Below the pieces are notes generated by a model that saw only the letters and a list, made by a program, of their open reading frames with translations, was not told the origin of the DNA and made no database searches. Shown here in pieces: positions 27,027 through 37,687 of a stretch of DNA of 64,000 nucleotides. This DNA comes from Kiritimatiellia bacterium (lineage in GTDB: Bacteria; Verrucomicrobiota; Kiritimatiellia; RFP12; UBA1067), in assembly GCA_050949565.1 (NCBI GenBank), contig JBMNFY010000017.1:1408001-1472000 (forward strand), read 5' to 3'. How positions within the stretch are numbered: the stretch's first letter is position 1; the number at the start of each line of letters is the position of its first letter. A program made the translations under genes and the position numbers.

Positions 27027-27077
27027 TAAACTTACTCCATGGTTTTTTCGTGGCGAAGCCACGCGGCAGGCTAACTC

Positions 27078-27995
27078 CTAAATGCAAACTTCTTCCGCGC
27101 CGGGCGCGGAAGGCACGATCACCGAGAGTGCTTTGGGGCGTACGTTGATCGTTACGGGAGTGGTGCCGATGATGTCGCCGTCGGCCTGTACGACGATCGG
27201 GGTTTCGCAGTCGATGGAAACACTGCGGCTGGCCGGCAGTTCGTGGATGATGCGGTTGACATGGCGCGGAAAGATGCTGCGCGGGAAGAGCTTGCGTATG
27301 AAGTAGTACCACGGGTACTCAATCGCCACCTTCATGCAGATGATGCAGACATCCACCTGTCCATCGTCGGCTCGGACGTCCGGACAGTTGGGATGCAGCA
27401 CGCGCACCAGCATACCGCAGTTTGAGATCAGCACGTCGGTCGCATCATAGGTGCGCGCTTCTTCGCCGTCGATGGAGATGGCCAGGTGTTGCGGCTTGGC
27501 CTGCAGCACTTTCCAGACGGCCGTCCCCACATACGCAGTGCGGCCGAACAGGCTCTTGCCCAGACGTGACGTGCGGTCGATGACCTCGGCATTGATCCCC
27601 ACTCCGGCATTCAGCAGATAGGTGAAGCCGTTGATCAGCATGGCATCGATAGCGCGTAGCGCGTGCGGCCCTGCCGCAAGCGCCACGGCCGCACGGATGT
27701 CGAGCGGGATGCCGAGTTCACGCGCGACCAGATTGCCGGTTCCCGCCGGCACGATGCCAAGCGGCACGTGTGTATCGGTCAAGGCGTGTGCCACGGATGA
27801 GACCGTGCCATCTCCCCCGACCGCCACCACGCCGTCAAACCCTTCATGCAGGCGCGCGCTGACGACTTCGGGAATCGAAACGTCTGGCGTGACTGCAAAA
27901 ATCTCACACTCTGACGAAAGGTCTTGCAGGGCCGTCTTCAGGACGGCGCGTGTCTCCTCGCCTATGGTCGGCGCTACTATGAACAGCAGCTTCAT
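27078..27995 (-). CDS. Diacylglycerol kinase family lipid kinase (YegS/BmrU-like)
   Basis: VVAVGGDGTV, LGIVPAGTGNLVARELG, QADGD. Confidence 0.92.
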   Translation of the reverse strand: MKLLFIVAPTIGEETRAVLKTALQDLSSECEIFAVTPDVSIPEVVSARLHEGFDGVVAVGGDGTVSSVAHALTDTHVPLGIVPAGTGNLVARELGIPLDIRAAVALAAGPHALRAIDAMLINGFTYLLNAGVGINAEVIDRTSRLGKSLFGRTAYVGTAVWKVLQAKPQHLAISIDGEEARTYDATDVLISNCGMLVRVLHPNCPDVRADDGQVDVCIICMKVAIEYPWYYFIRKLFPRSIFPRHVNRIIHELPASRSVSIDCETPIVVQADGDIIGTTPVTINVRPKALSVIVPSAPGAEEVCI

Positions 27996-28022
27996 GCCGC
28001 TCAGATTAACAAAACGGTGAGC

Positions 28023-28106
28023 TAGTGGCTAGTGGCTAGTGGTTAGTGGTTAGTGGTTAGTGGTTAGTGGCTAGTGGCTAGTGGCTAGTGGTTAGTGGCT
28101 AGTGGG
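28023..28106. repeat. TAGTGG(C/T) heptamer x12
   Basis: Counted directly. Confidence 0.95.
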
Positions 28107-28200
28107 GCGCGGCTACGGGACTGCGGGGTACTACCGGTGGTGGCGGCACATGTGCCGCCGGTCAAGCAGACGCTTGACCCTCCCGGTGCTTCGCAGGCCG

Positions 28201-30685
<2,485 letters not shown>

Positions 30686-30782
30686 CGTCAGCCCTTCGTT
30701 CGTTTTCCGATCATGCAAAAGGTTTCCGCCGCTGACGGAAACCCTCTGCAACGTTCGCGTGTCCGAGCGAACCGACGATGGC

Positions 30783-30962
30783 TTACGCCTCGATCGTCAG
30801 AACTTTGCGTCCTCTGTACATGCCGCAGGACTGGCACACGCGGTGCGTCTGCTGCGGGGCACCGCAACTCGGGCAACTCTGTGTCTGGGCGACGATCGCC
30901 TTGACCTGCCCACGGCGCTGACGCACCCGCATCTTCGACTTTTTCCTCTTTGGAACGGCCAT
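30783..30962 (-). CDS. rpmF: 50S ribosomal protein L32 (Zn-binding form)
   Basis: Manual translation MAVPKRKKSKMRVRQRRGQ...CPSCG...HRVCQSCGMYRGRKVL (59 aa), between yceD and plsX. Confidence 0.95.
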   Translation of the reverse strand: MAVPKRKKSKMRVRQRRGQVKAIVAQTQSCPSCGAPQQTHRVCQSCGMYRGRKVLTIEA

Positions 30963-30973
30963 TTGTTCTCTCC

Positions 30974-31498
30974 TTACTTCTCTCTCGGTCGTGCGCGTTT
31001 CGAGCGCGACGCATCCAGATCTGTTTTCAACACGTCAAGCGCTGCCCACCGGTGATCTTTGCCCTCTTCGTGGCACCGGCACGCGGCATTGTTCAGGTTT
31101 GTCCCGCAAGTCATGCAGAGACCCCGGCACGATTCGCTACAAACCGGATAACCGGGAAGGGCAAGAATGATAGCTTCCCGGACCTCTTCGGTCAAGTCCA
31201 CGAAGTCTGTTGTCGCATTTATTTCGTACGACTGGACAAATTCGGGTTCCACGACCTCCGTCACGAAGTTCTCCGCACAGCGCGAACAGACACACGTCAG
31301 CCGTTGGCGCACCTCGCCCCGCACCAGCAACTCGCTGCCGATCAGTTCCACCTTCAGCGCATAACACATGCCGCCTTCCGGCGTCACGAATTCGCTCTCG
31401 CCCAGATCCAGCAGGTTGTCCGCGGTCTCGCCACGGAACCATTCGCCGTCTTTCGCGAGGCGCGCGACATCAACGATCAAACGCCCCTGTGTCTCCAA
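30974..31498 (-). CDS. yceD: DUF177/YceD family protein
   Basis: CSRCAE, VDLTEEVREAIILALP, CSESCRGLCMTCGTNLN..CRC, DHRWAAL; conserved position upstream of rpmF. Confidence 0.88.
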   Translation of the reverse strand: METQGRLIVDVARLAKDGEWFRGETADNLLDLGESEFVTPEGGMCYALKVELIGSELLVRGEVRQRLTCVCSRCAENFVTEVVEPEFVQSYEINATTDFVDLTEEVREAIILALPGYPVCSESCRGLCMTCGTNLNNAACRCHEEGKDHRWAALDVLKTDLDASRSKRARPREK

Positions 31499-32021
31499 CT
31501 CCGCCTCCTGTCCGGATACACTGCTCCGGATGCTGGCGCATGTGCGCCTCGATATAGGTCTGAACCTGCGGCGGCACGAATGCACGGGTATCGCCGCCGT
31601 AACGCGCGATCTCGCGGATCATACTGGCCGTCACATAGCTGTAGCTCTCGTTCGGCATCATGAACAACGTCTCGACATCGGGTTCGAGCTTGCGGTTGGT
31701 CAGCGCCATCTGGAACTCATACTCAAAATCAGAATACACGCGCAGGCCGCGCACCACCACACCGATCCCACGGTTGCGACAGTAGTCAACCAATAAGCAG
31801 TCAAGCCGGTCAACCTCCACGTTTTTCATGCCGGCCGCCTCCGCGCTTTCGCGGATCATGGCCATGCGCTCTTGCAAGTCAAACATGCCGGTCGCTTTGA
31901 ACGATACGCCGGCGACCACGACGATCACCTTGTCAAATAGCGACGCACTGCGCCGCAACAGATCAAAGTGACCCATCGTCAGCGGGTCGAACGTCCCGGG
32001 ATATACCGCGATTTTTTCCAT
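31470..32021 (-). CDS. coaD: Phosphopantetheine adenylyltransferase
   Basis: AVYPGTFDPLTMGH, VRGLRVYSDFEYE. Confidence 0.96.
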   Translation of the reverse strand: MEKIAVYPGTFDPLTMGHFDLLRRSASLFDKVIVVVAGVSFKATGMFDLQERMAMIRESAEAAGMKNVEVDRLDCLLVDYCRNRGIGVVVRGLRVYSDFEYEFQMALTNRKLEPDVETLFMMPNESYSYVTASMIREIARYGGDTRAFVPPQVQTYIEAHMRQHPEQCIRTGGGVGDTGAFDR

Positions 32022-32046
32022 ACGCTCCCTCTCTGTTACACGCCGG

Positions 32047-32616
32047 TCATCCGGCGCTTTCCGTACCGTTCATCCGGTAGATCACCAGCCGTGTGCGGCC
32101 GTAAGTCCGGTCGCGCCACAAAACCCAGCCCTCTACCTCTTCAGGCTGCCGCCTCACCGGCATTTCAGCGGCGAACAGCCCGTCCGCGCCCAACACCTGG
32201 TTTTCGCGGATCAGCCGCATCACCCCGGCGAAGCCCTGATCGAGCCCGGCCACATACGGCGGATCGGCGAAAGCGATGGTGGCCTGCCGTCCGCGCCCGG
32301 CACCTTTCAGCCAGCGCGACACGTCACTGCAGACCACCTCGCCCTCGCCCGGCATCAGCGCCGCGACGTTGGCCTTCAGCACGGCCACATTGCGCGGATC
32401 CTGCTCGACCCACGTCACGTGACGCGCGCCGCGACTGTATGCCTCGATCCCTACCGCGCCCGAACCTGCGAACAGGTCAATGAACACGGCATCAGGGATC
32501 ACCGTCATCAGCATCGCGAAAAGCGCCTCGCGCACACGGTCCTGAGTCGGCCGCACCTTGTCGCCCGGCGGAACCTTCAACTTCCGGCCGCACATCTCGC
32601 CGCCTGAAATTCGCAT
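32047..32616 (-). CDS. rsmD: 16S rRNA m2G966 methyltransferase
   Basis: MRISGG, RPTQDRVREALF, DLFAGSGAVGIEA.SRGA, FADPPY, RTYG. Confidence 0.93.
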   Translation of the reverse strand: MRISGGEMCGRKLKVPPGDKVRPTQDRVREALFAMLMTVIPDAVFIDLFAGSGAVGIEAYSRGARHVTWVEQDPRNVAVLKANVAALMPGEGEVVCSDVSRWLKGAGRGRQATIAFADPPYVAGLDQGFAGVMRLIRENQVLGADGLFAAEMPVRRQPEEVEGWVLWRDRTYGRTRLVIYRMNGTESAG

Positions 32617-32793
32617 AGGGGGATAAGTATAGGGGATCGGGGCGCCTCGGCGCAACCCTCCAAGCGCGCGAGCACGCGGCGCTACCGGTGGCGGTGGTGG
32701 CGGCGTGAACGCCGCCCACAGAACTGGAGGGTGCGGCTACGGGCGCTGCCAGGGCTGCCGGTGGCGGCTCGCGGGGACGCTCGCCCTCCAGTG

Positions 32794-34053
32794 CTAAGTC
32801 CCGATCATGCGCCAGGCCTCCGCGCCACGCGCAGGGCGCTTCCCAGGCAGGAGGGCAATGAGGACAGCGCCGGTGAGGGCGAGGACGATCAGGACGGAGA
32901 AGCCGAGTGCATAGCTCTTCGTGGCTTCGTTGTACAACGCGCCGACCAGCATCGGGAAGGCTGATTCGGCCACGCCGTCTGCCACCAGGATGATCCCCAT
33001 GACACGGCCTAATGCGCGTACGCCGAAGAGGTCACCGGCCATCAGCGGGATGATCATGTAGTCGCCGCCCAAGCCGATGCCGAAGATCAGCGCGAAGAGG
33101 TAGATGCGTCCCGGGAAGGCCGGCATGAGCAACAGCGGGATGGCGCACGCCACGAGCATGTAAATCAGTATCATCACGCGTTTGCGGCTGAAACGGTCGG
33201 CCAGCCAGCCCATCAGCACGCGGCCGACAAGGCTCGACAGCAGGACGAGGGAGAGGATGCGTGCCGCGCCTTCTTGGGTAAAGGCTTGGTCGCGCAGATA
33301 GAGCTTCAGGTGCTGCATCACGCCGCCGACCGCGCCGATCGAGCACATGCTGCCGAATGCCAGCAGATAAAAAGCGGGTGAACGCAGGATCGCGCCGATC
33401 TCTCCCTTGGGGGCGGCCGGTGGCGGCGCGGGGGCGGCCGGTGGCGGCGCGGCATCGGGGCTCTTAAGGATGAGCGGCAGGGGAAGCGCCAGCAGGACGA
33501 TCAGTCCGCCCAGCGTGAGCAACGCGTAGTGCCAGCCCATGACGTGTTGCAGGCGCGCGGCCAACAACGGCACCAGCGCGCCGCCCGCGCCGATACCGAG
33601 ATAGGCGATGCCCATGGCTTTGCCACGGTTTTTTTCAAAGCGCCGCGCGATCAGCACTTGGCAGGGCAGCGGCCCGCCGCAGACGTACGCCAGCGCATTG
33701 AGGATATAGAAGAGGTAGAAGAGCGGCAGGGTGTCGGCCCTGCTCAGCCCTGCCAGCGCGAGACCGCCCATCAACGCGCCTGCCGCCATCATGCGCTGCG
33801 GCCCGAAGCGGTCGACCATCCATCCGGCGATAAAGCCGAACAGCGGGCCGACCAGCAGTTTGCCCAGCGCGTTACCGCTGGTCACGATGGCGCGTGACCA
33901 GCCGTATTCCCGGACCATGAAGTCATAGAAAAACGGTAGCCCGTACAGGGCGAACCCCACGAGTGCGAAGAGCGCCAGAAAAGCTGCTACTACAGTGAGT
34001 GCCTTCGAAGAGCGCCAGTTGGCGGTCGTGCGCGAGGGTGTGTTTGTCGTCAT
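32794..34053 (-). CDS. MFS transporter
   Basis: About 12 hydrophobic segments; GWMVDRFGPQR and GWLADRFSRKR motif-A loops. Confidence 0.92.
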   Translation of the reverse strand: MTTNTPSRTTANWRSSKALTVVAAFLALFALVGFALYGLPFFYDFMVREYGWSRAIVTSGNALGKLLVGPLFGFIAGWMVDRFGPQRMMAAGALMGGLALAGLSRADTLPLFYLFYILNALAYVCGGPLPCQVLIARRFEKNRGKAMGIAYLGIGAGGALVPLLAARLQHVMGWHYALLTLGGLIVLLALPLPLILKSPDAAPPPAAPAPPPAAPKGEIGAILRSPAFYLLAFGSMCSIGAVGGVMQHLKLYLRDQAFTQEGAARILSLVLLSSLVGRVLMGWLADRFSRKRVMILIYMLVACAIPLLLMPAFPGRIYLFALIFGIGLGGDYMIIPLMAGDLFGVRALGRVMGIILVADGVAESAFPMLVGALYNEATKSYALGFSVLIVLALTGAVLIALLPGKRPARGAEAWRMIGT

Positions 34054-34089
34054 GGCTTCAAGGTCCGGGGGCTAAATGGTTAACAGTGG

Positions 34090-34166
34090 GAGCACTTGCA
34101 AAACCCTCGGATCACGGGCAAGATGCCCGTGCCACATCTGCAGGCCAAGAGTTTTGCAAGGAGCTC
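34090..34166. mobile_element. MITE-like element related to 14834-14933
   Basis: GAGCACTTGCAAAACCCT ... AGAGTTTTGCAAGGAGCTC enclosing CACGGGCAAGATGCCCGTGCCAC. Confidence 0.6.
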
Positions 34167-34172
34167 ATCGAA

Positions 34173-36350
34173 TTACTTGACCAGCACGGTCAGACGGCGG
34201 ACCTCGTATTGGCCGCCGTTACCCATGAAGGTGTAGTCAGGATGCTCACCGGCGGTGTTGTTGCCGATACCGATATCGCAAGCTGCGCCGCCGTTGAAGT
34301 TGTTGTACGCGAAGAGCGTCATCCTGTTCTTCCAACTGTGGACCTGCATGCAGCCGTAGCTGCCGTCGGCGGCGGGCTTATCGTCGAAGTCATACTTGGA
34401 GCCGTTCGCGCCGGGCAGGTTCAGGCCGTTCGGATTGCCGTAATTCACCGGCCAGAACTCGATGTTGCCGCCGTCCGAGTTGTCCAGCGTGGGGATGCCC
34501 TCGATGTTGGAACGCACCGTCAGGTTGGCGACCTTGGTCTGGTGGTGGATGCCGCTGCGGGCGTGCGGGATGCCCAGTTTCTTGGCGTCTTTCGTGAAGG
34601 CGTCCATGACCGTGCAGACGTAGCGGATGCTCTCGGCCTGCTGAAGCTGGAGCACGTACGCCACGCGCGTGAAGGCGCCTGCGGTGCCGCTGGCGTCGAC
34701 GGAGTACTTGGGCGGCGTCGCACCGAAGTTGCCGTTGAGCGGCAGGTCGATTTCGTAAACTTTGCGGAAGCCCTGAAGCTCGGACATGCCTAGTGCACCG
34801 TCCAGTTTGGGCTTGTTGCCGCAGCGGAACGCGCCGGCGGGCAGGCCCAGACCGTTGACGAGGTTGGGCTCGGCGAGCTGGTCCCAGGCGAAGCGCATCG
34901 CCATCGGCGCGGTGATGCCGGAGGCGGAGAGCACAACGCTGTTGCCTTCGATCACGGCGTCGGCCTTGCGATAGAGTCCGTCCTGGCCGCAGAGTTCGAA
35001 CCAGGTCGGCGGCTTGCCGTCACGCGTCTTCAGCCCGTCGGCATGGTCAAACGTAACACGCATCTTCGCGCCTTCGATGGCGAAGGATTTGTAGACCGGT
35101 CCTTCCCAGCGGATATCCTTCATGCCGTAAGTGCGGTTGAGCGCCTGGTTGGCCATGCGCAGACCCACATCCTGCTTATTGCGCGGATGGATGTCCTTGA
35201 TGTTGCCGATATCGTTGATCACGGTATAGCCGGTGTTGGGAATCGCCGCAGGCACGGCGGCCTGTGCCTCCCAGATACCGGGCAGGTGCGTGGCACGGGA
35301 TGCGCCGTAGTTGTAGGGCGCGAGTTGCACCAAGTAGTAAGGGAAGTCGCCTTGGCCCCACACCTTGCGCCAGCCGTTGACGAGCGCCTTGGTCTTCTCC
35401 AGATAGAGCATGCCCTCGCCGTTGTTGGAGCAGCCCTGATACCAGATTGCGCCTTTGATGGCGAAAGGCACGAGGCCCGCCATCATGCCGTTGTAAAGCA
35501 CTGTAGGCTCTTGGTGTCTACCCTGGGCGTTCGAGAACACCAGATGCTGCGGGAATCCGGGCGCTTCGCTGAGCGCCTGTCCGGCCGCACTCTTGGCTTT
35601 GGCGTCGGCGATCCACGTCTGCATGGCGGAGATATAATCGCTGAGCACTTTTGTGTGCAACTCGGTACCGGGAATGGCGGTATCGACCCGCGCCTTGATG
35701 GAGGCCAACGCAGGCAGTCCGTCAAAGCCGCACGGCGGCGTCCACGGCTCAATGCGTGTGCCGCCCCACGAGGAGTTGATGAGGCCCACCGGCACCTTGA
35801 GCACCTGATGCAGGCGGCGTCCGAAGAAGTAGGCCACGGCCGACTCATCGCTGATGCCTTCGGGCGTCGTCACTTCCCATGCGGCCTGAATGTTCTTTTC
35901 CGGCAGGGGCTTGAAGGCCTTGGGTGCCTTGAAGTGACGGATCATCGGGAAATTCGCGGCAGCGCGCTCTTGTTCGGCGTTGTCCACATTCGCCATGCGC
36001 CACTCCATGTTCGACTGTCCGGAACAGAACCAGACTTCGCCCACGACCACGTTGTTGAAGGTGACCGTGTTTGCACCGGAAACGGTGAAGGTCGCGGGAT
36101 CGGACGAGGCTTGCAGCGCCCTCAACGTCACGCGCCACGCGCCGTCTTTGCCGGCCTCGGTTTTCTGCGTCTGTCCCGCGAACGAAACCGTCACCTGCTC
36201 GCCCGGCGCGGCCCAGCCCCAGACTGGTACCGGTTGCCCGCGCTGCAAGACCATGTTGTGGTTAAAGATATTCGGCAAACTGACATCCGCCGAGACCACC
36301 CCGGCGAACAGTGCGGCACCGGCCGCTAAAACGAACCCCATCCGTTGCAT
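34173..36350 (-). CDS. Sialate O-acetylesterase-like SGNH esterase (SASA) with an extra C-terminal domain
   Basis: MVLQR, VGEVWFCSGQSNM, WGGTRIE.W, AIWYQG..N, DIHPRNK. Confidence 0.9.
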   Translation of the reverse strand: MQRMGFVLAAGAALFAGVVSADVSLPNIFNHNMVLQRGQPVPVWGWAAPGEQVTVSFAGQTQKTEAGKDGAWRVTLRALQASSDPATFTVSGANTVTFNNVVVGEVWFCSGQSNMEWRMANVDNAEQERAAANFPMIRHFKAPKAFKPLPEKNIQAAWEVTTPEGISDESAVAYFFGRRLHQVLKVPVGLINSSWGGTRIEPWTPPCGFDGLPALASIKARVDTAIPGTELHTKVLSDYISAMQTWIADAKAKSAAGQALSEAPGFPQHLVFSNAQGRHQEPTVLYNGMMAGLVPFAIKGAIWYQGCSNNGEGMLYLEKTKALVNGWRKVWGQGDFPYYLVQLAPYNYGASRATHLPGIWEAQAAVPAAIPNTGYTVINDIGNIKDIHPRNKQDVGLRMANQALNRTYGMKDIRWEGPVYKSFAIEGAKMRVTFDHADGLKTRDGKPPTWFELCGQDGLYRKADAVIEGNSVVLSASGITAPMAMRFAWDQLAEPNLVNGLGLPAGAFRCGNKPKLDGALGMSELQGFRKVYEIDLPLNGNFGATPPKYSVDASGTAGAFTRVAYVLQLQQAESIRYVCTVMDAFTKDAKKLGIPHARSGIHHQTKVANLTVRSNIEGIPTLDNSDGGNIEFWPVNYGNPNGLNLPGANGSKYDFDDKPAADGSYGCMQVHSWKNRMTLFAYNNFNGGAACDIGIGNNTAGEHPDYTFMGNGGQYEVRRLTVLVK

Positions 36351-36455
36351 CTTAACTCCTCTGTTGTGTCCTGCCCGGCCACGAGCCGGGCGTTTGTGTC
36401 AGACCGACGCGGGCTTTGCCCGCAACCCCTTTCGGTCTCACGTAAAAAACGCTGA

Positions 36456-37664
36456 TTACAAACGGCGCGAGCGCCAGTAAGCGGCGAGAAGATGCGCCGT
36501 ACGGCAGAGGCCCGCCCGTTCCAGCGGCTCCCTGAGCACGGCATCCTCGAGAAAGCGGCGGTACGGCTCGTCCGGACGGAATCCCGGCACCATCGACTGC
36601 GCCAGCAGCAACTCGCCGTCCCAGCACATGCCGTAGGGCCTGTACTTTGGGTCGAGTTGCGCCCGGACCTGCCGGTCACGGGCGAATCCGGCAAACACCT
36701 CCAAGGCCTCCTGGATACGGTCCCGGCGCTTCTGATTCTTCTCGTATGCGAGGATGGGATCGAAGGAGATCACGCACTGGAAAAGCGAATAGCACGGCAT
36801 CCGCCCCTGTATCTGATCCTGTGTCTTGTTCTTGAACCCGCCGTACTTGATCTTGAGCGTAATGTCGATCGCCTCGTCGATGTATTTCTCGTACAGTTCC
36901 TTCCAGTGCGGATCGTCGGTCGCCATGAAAGCCGCAACATAGATCATCGGCAGACGCGCCGCCTCGTGCGGCCACACTTCCGGCCCCCACATCGTGCAGA
37001 TGGTGCGGTAGTCGGGCTTGGAATAATCGTCCGCGTACCCGAAGTTCCACTGGTTCTCCGCAGTGATGCGCTCCTCCATGAACTTCGCCACCTCGACGAT
37101 TTGCTCCTGATAGCCCTTGACGATCTCAGGATCGGCCATCGACGAATTGCAGTAACGCCAGAGTCCATGCACCCAGTGCGTGTACTGGTCGCGGCTCGAG
37201 AGCGACACCGTCGTCTTGCCGTCATTGCAGAAGCCGCGGCAGACGAACCCCTTGTAGCCGTGGAGGATCGCGAGATTCAATACACCTTTCGCGAGCTTGG
37301 CGGCGTCAGCCTTGACCGCCGGATCGTGTGTGACGTCCCATTTGTCAACGAGTCCGGAAAGCGCGGTCCCGCAGATGAGCGGCGCGTCTCCCACGCCGGG
37401 CGGCCCCCATCCGCCCGGGCGTTTGTCGTACATCGGATAGAGATTGTTCTTCGCGTCCGGCGGCGGCGGTGACTTCGATTTGTCCCTCACCCCCGTGACG
37501 AGCGACGTCACCGGATCCCAGGTCTCCATCATTTTCGCCCAGCCCCGGTCGCAGGCGGCTCTGAGCTGCGCATCGGGAACCGGCTCGCGCGCAGGCTGGG
37601 CTGACGGTTCTCCGTACGCAGCGAGGACAACACACAAAAAAGCACCTACTGTAAGCCTCTTCAT
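36456..37664 (-). CDS. Secreted hypothetical protein, possibly (alpha/alpha)-barrel glycosidase-like
   Basis: Signal peptide; helical Trp/Tyr-rich content; GFVCRG...SSRDQYTHWVHGLW; abuts the GH92 gene. Confidence 0.55.
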   Translation of the reverse strand: MKRLTVGAFLCVVLAAYGEPSAQPAREPVPDAQLRAACDRGWAKMMETWDPVTSLVTGVRDKSKSPPPPDAKNNLYPMYDKRPGGWGPPGVGDAPLICGTALSGLVDKWDVTHDPAVKADAAKLAKGVLNLAILHGYKGFVCRGFCNDGKTTVSLSSRDQYTHWVHGLWRYCNSSMADPEIVKGYQEQIVEVAKFMEERITAENQWNFGYADDYSKPDYRTICTMWGPEVWPHEAARLPMIYVAAFMATDDPHWKELYEKYIDEAIDITLKIKYGGFKNKTQDQIQGRMPCYSLFQCVISFDPILAYEKNQKRRDRIQEALEVFAGFARDRQVRAQLDPKYRPYGMCWDGELLLAQSMVPGFRPDEPYRRFLEDAVLREPLERAGLCRTAHLLAAYWRSRRL

Positions 37665-37687
37665 ACTTCTGCACCCAAACTGAAACG

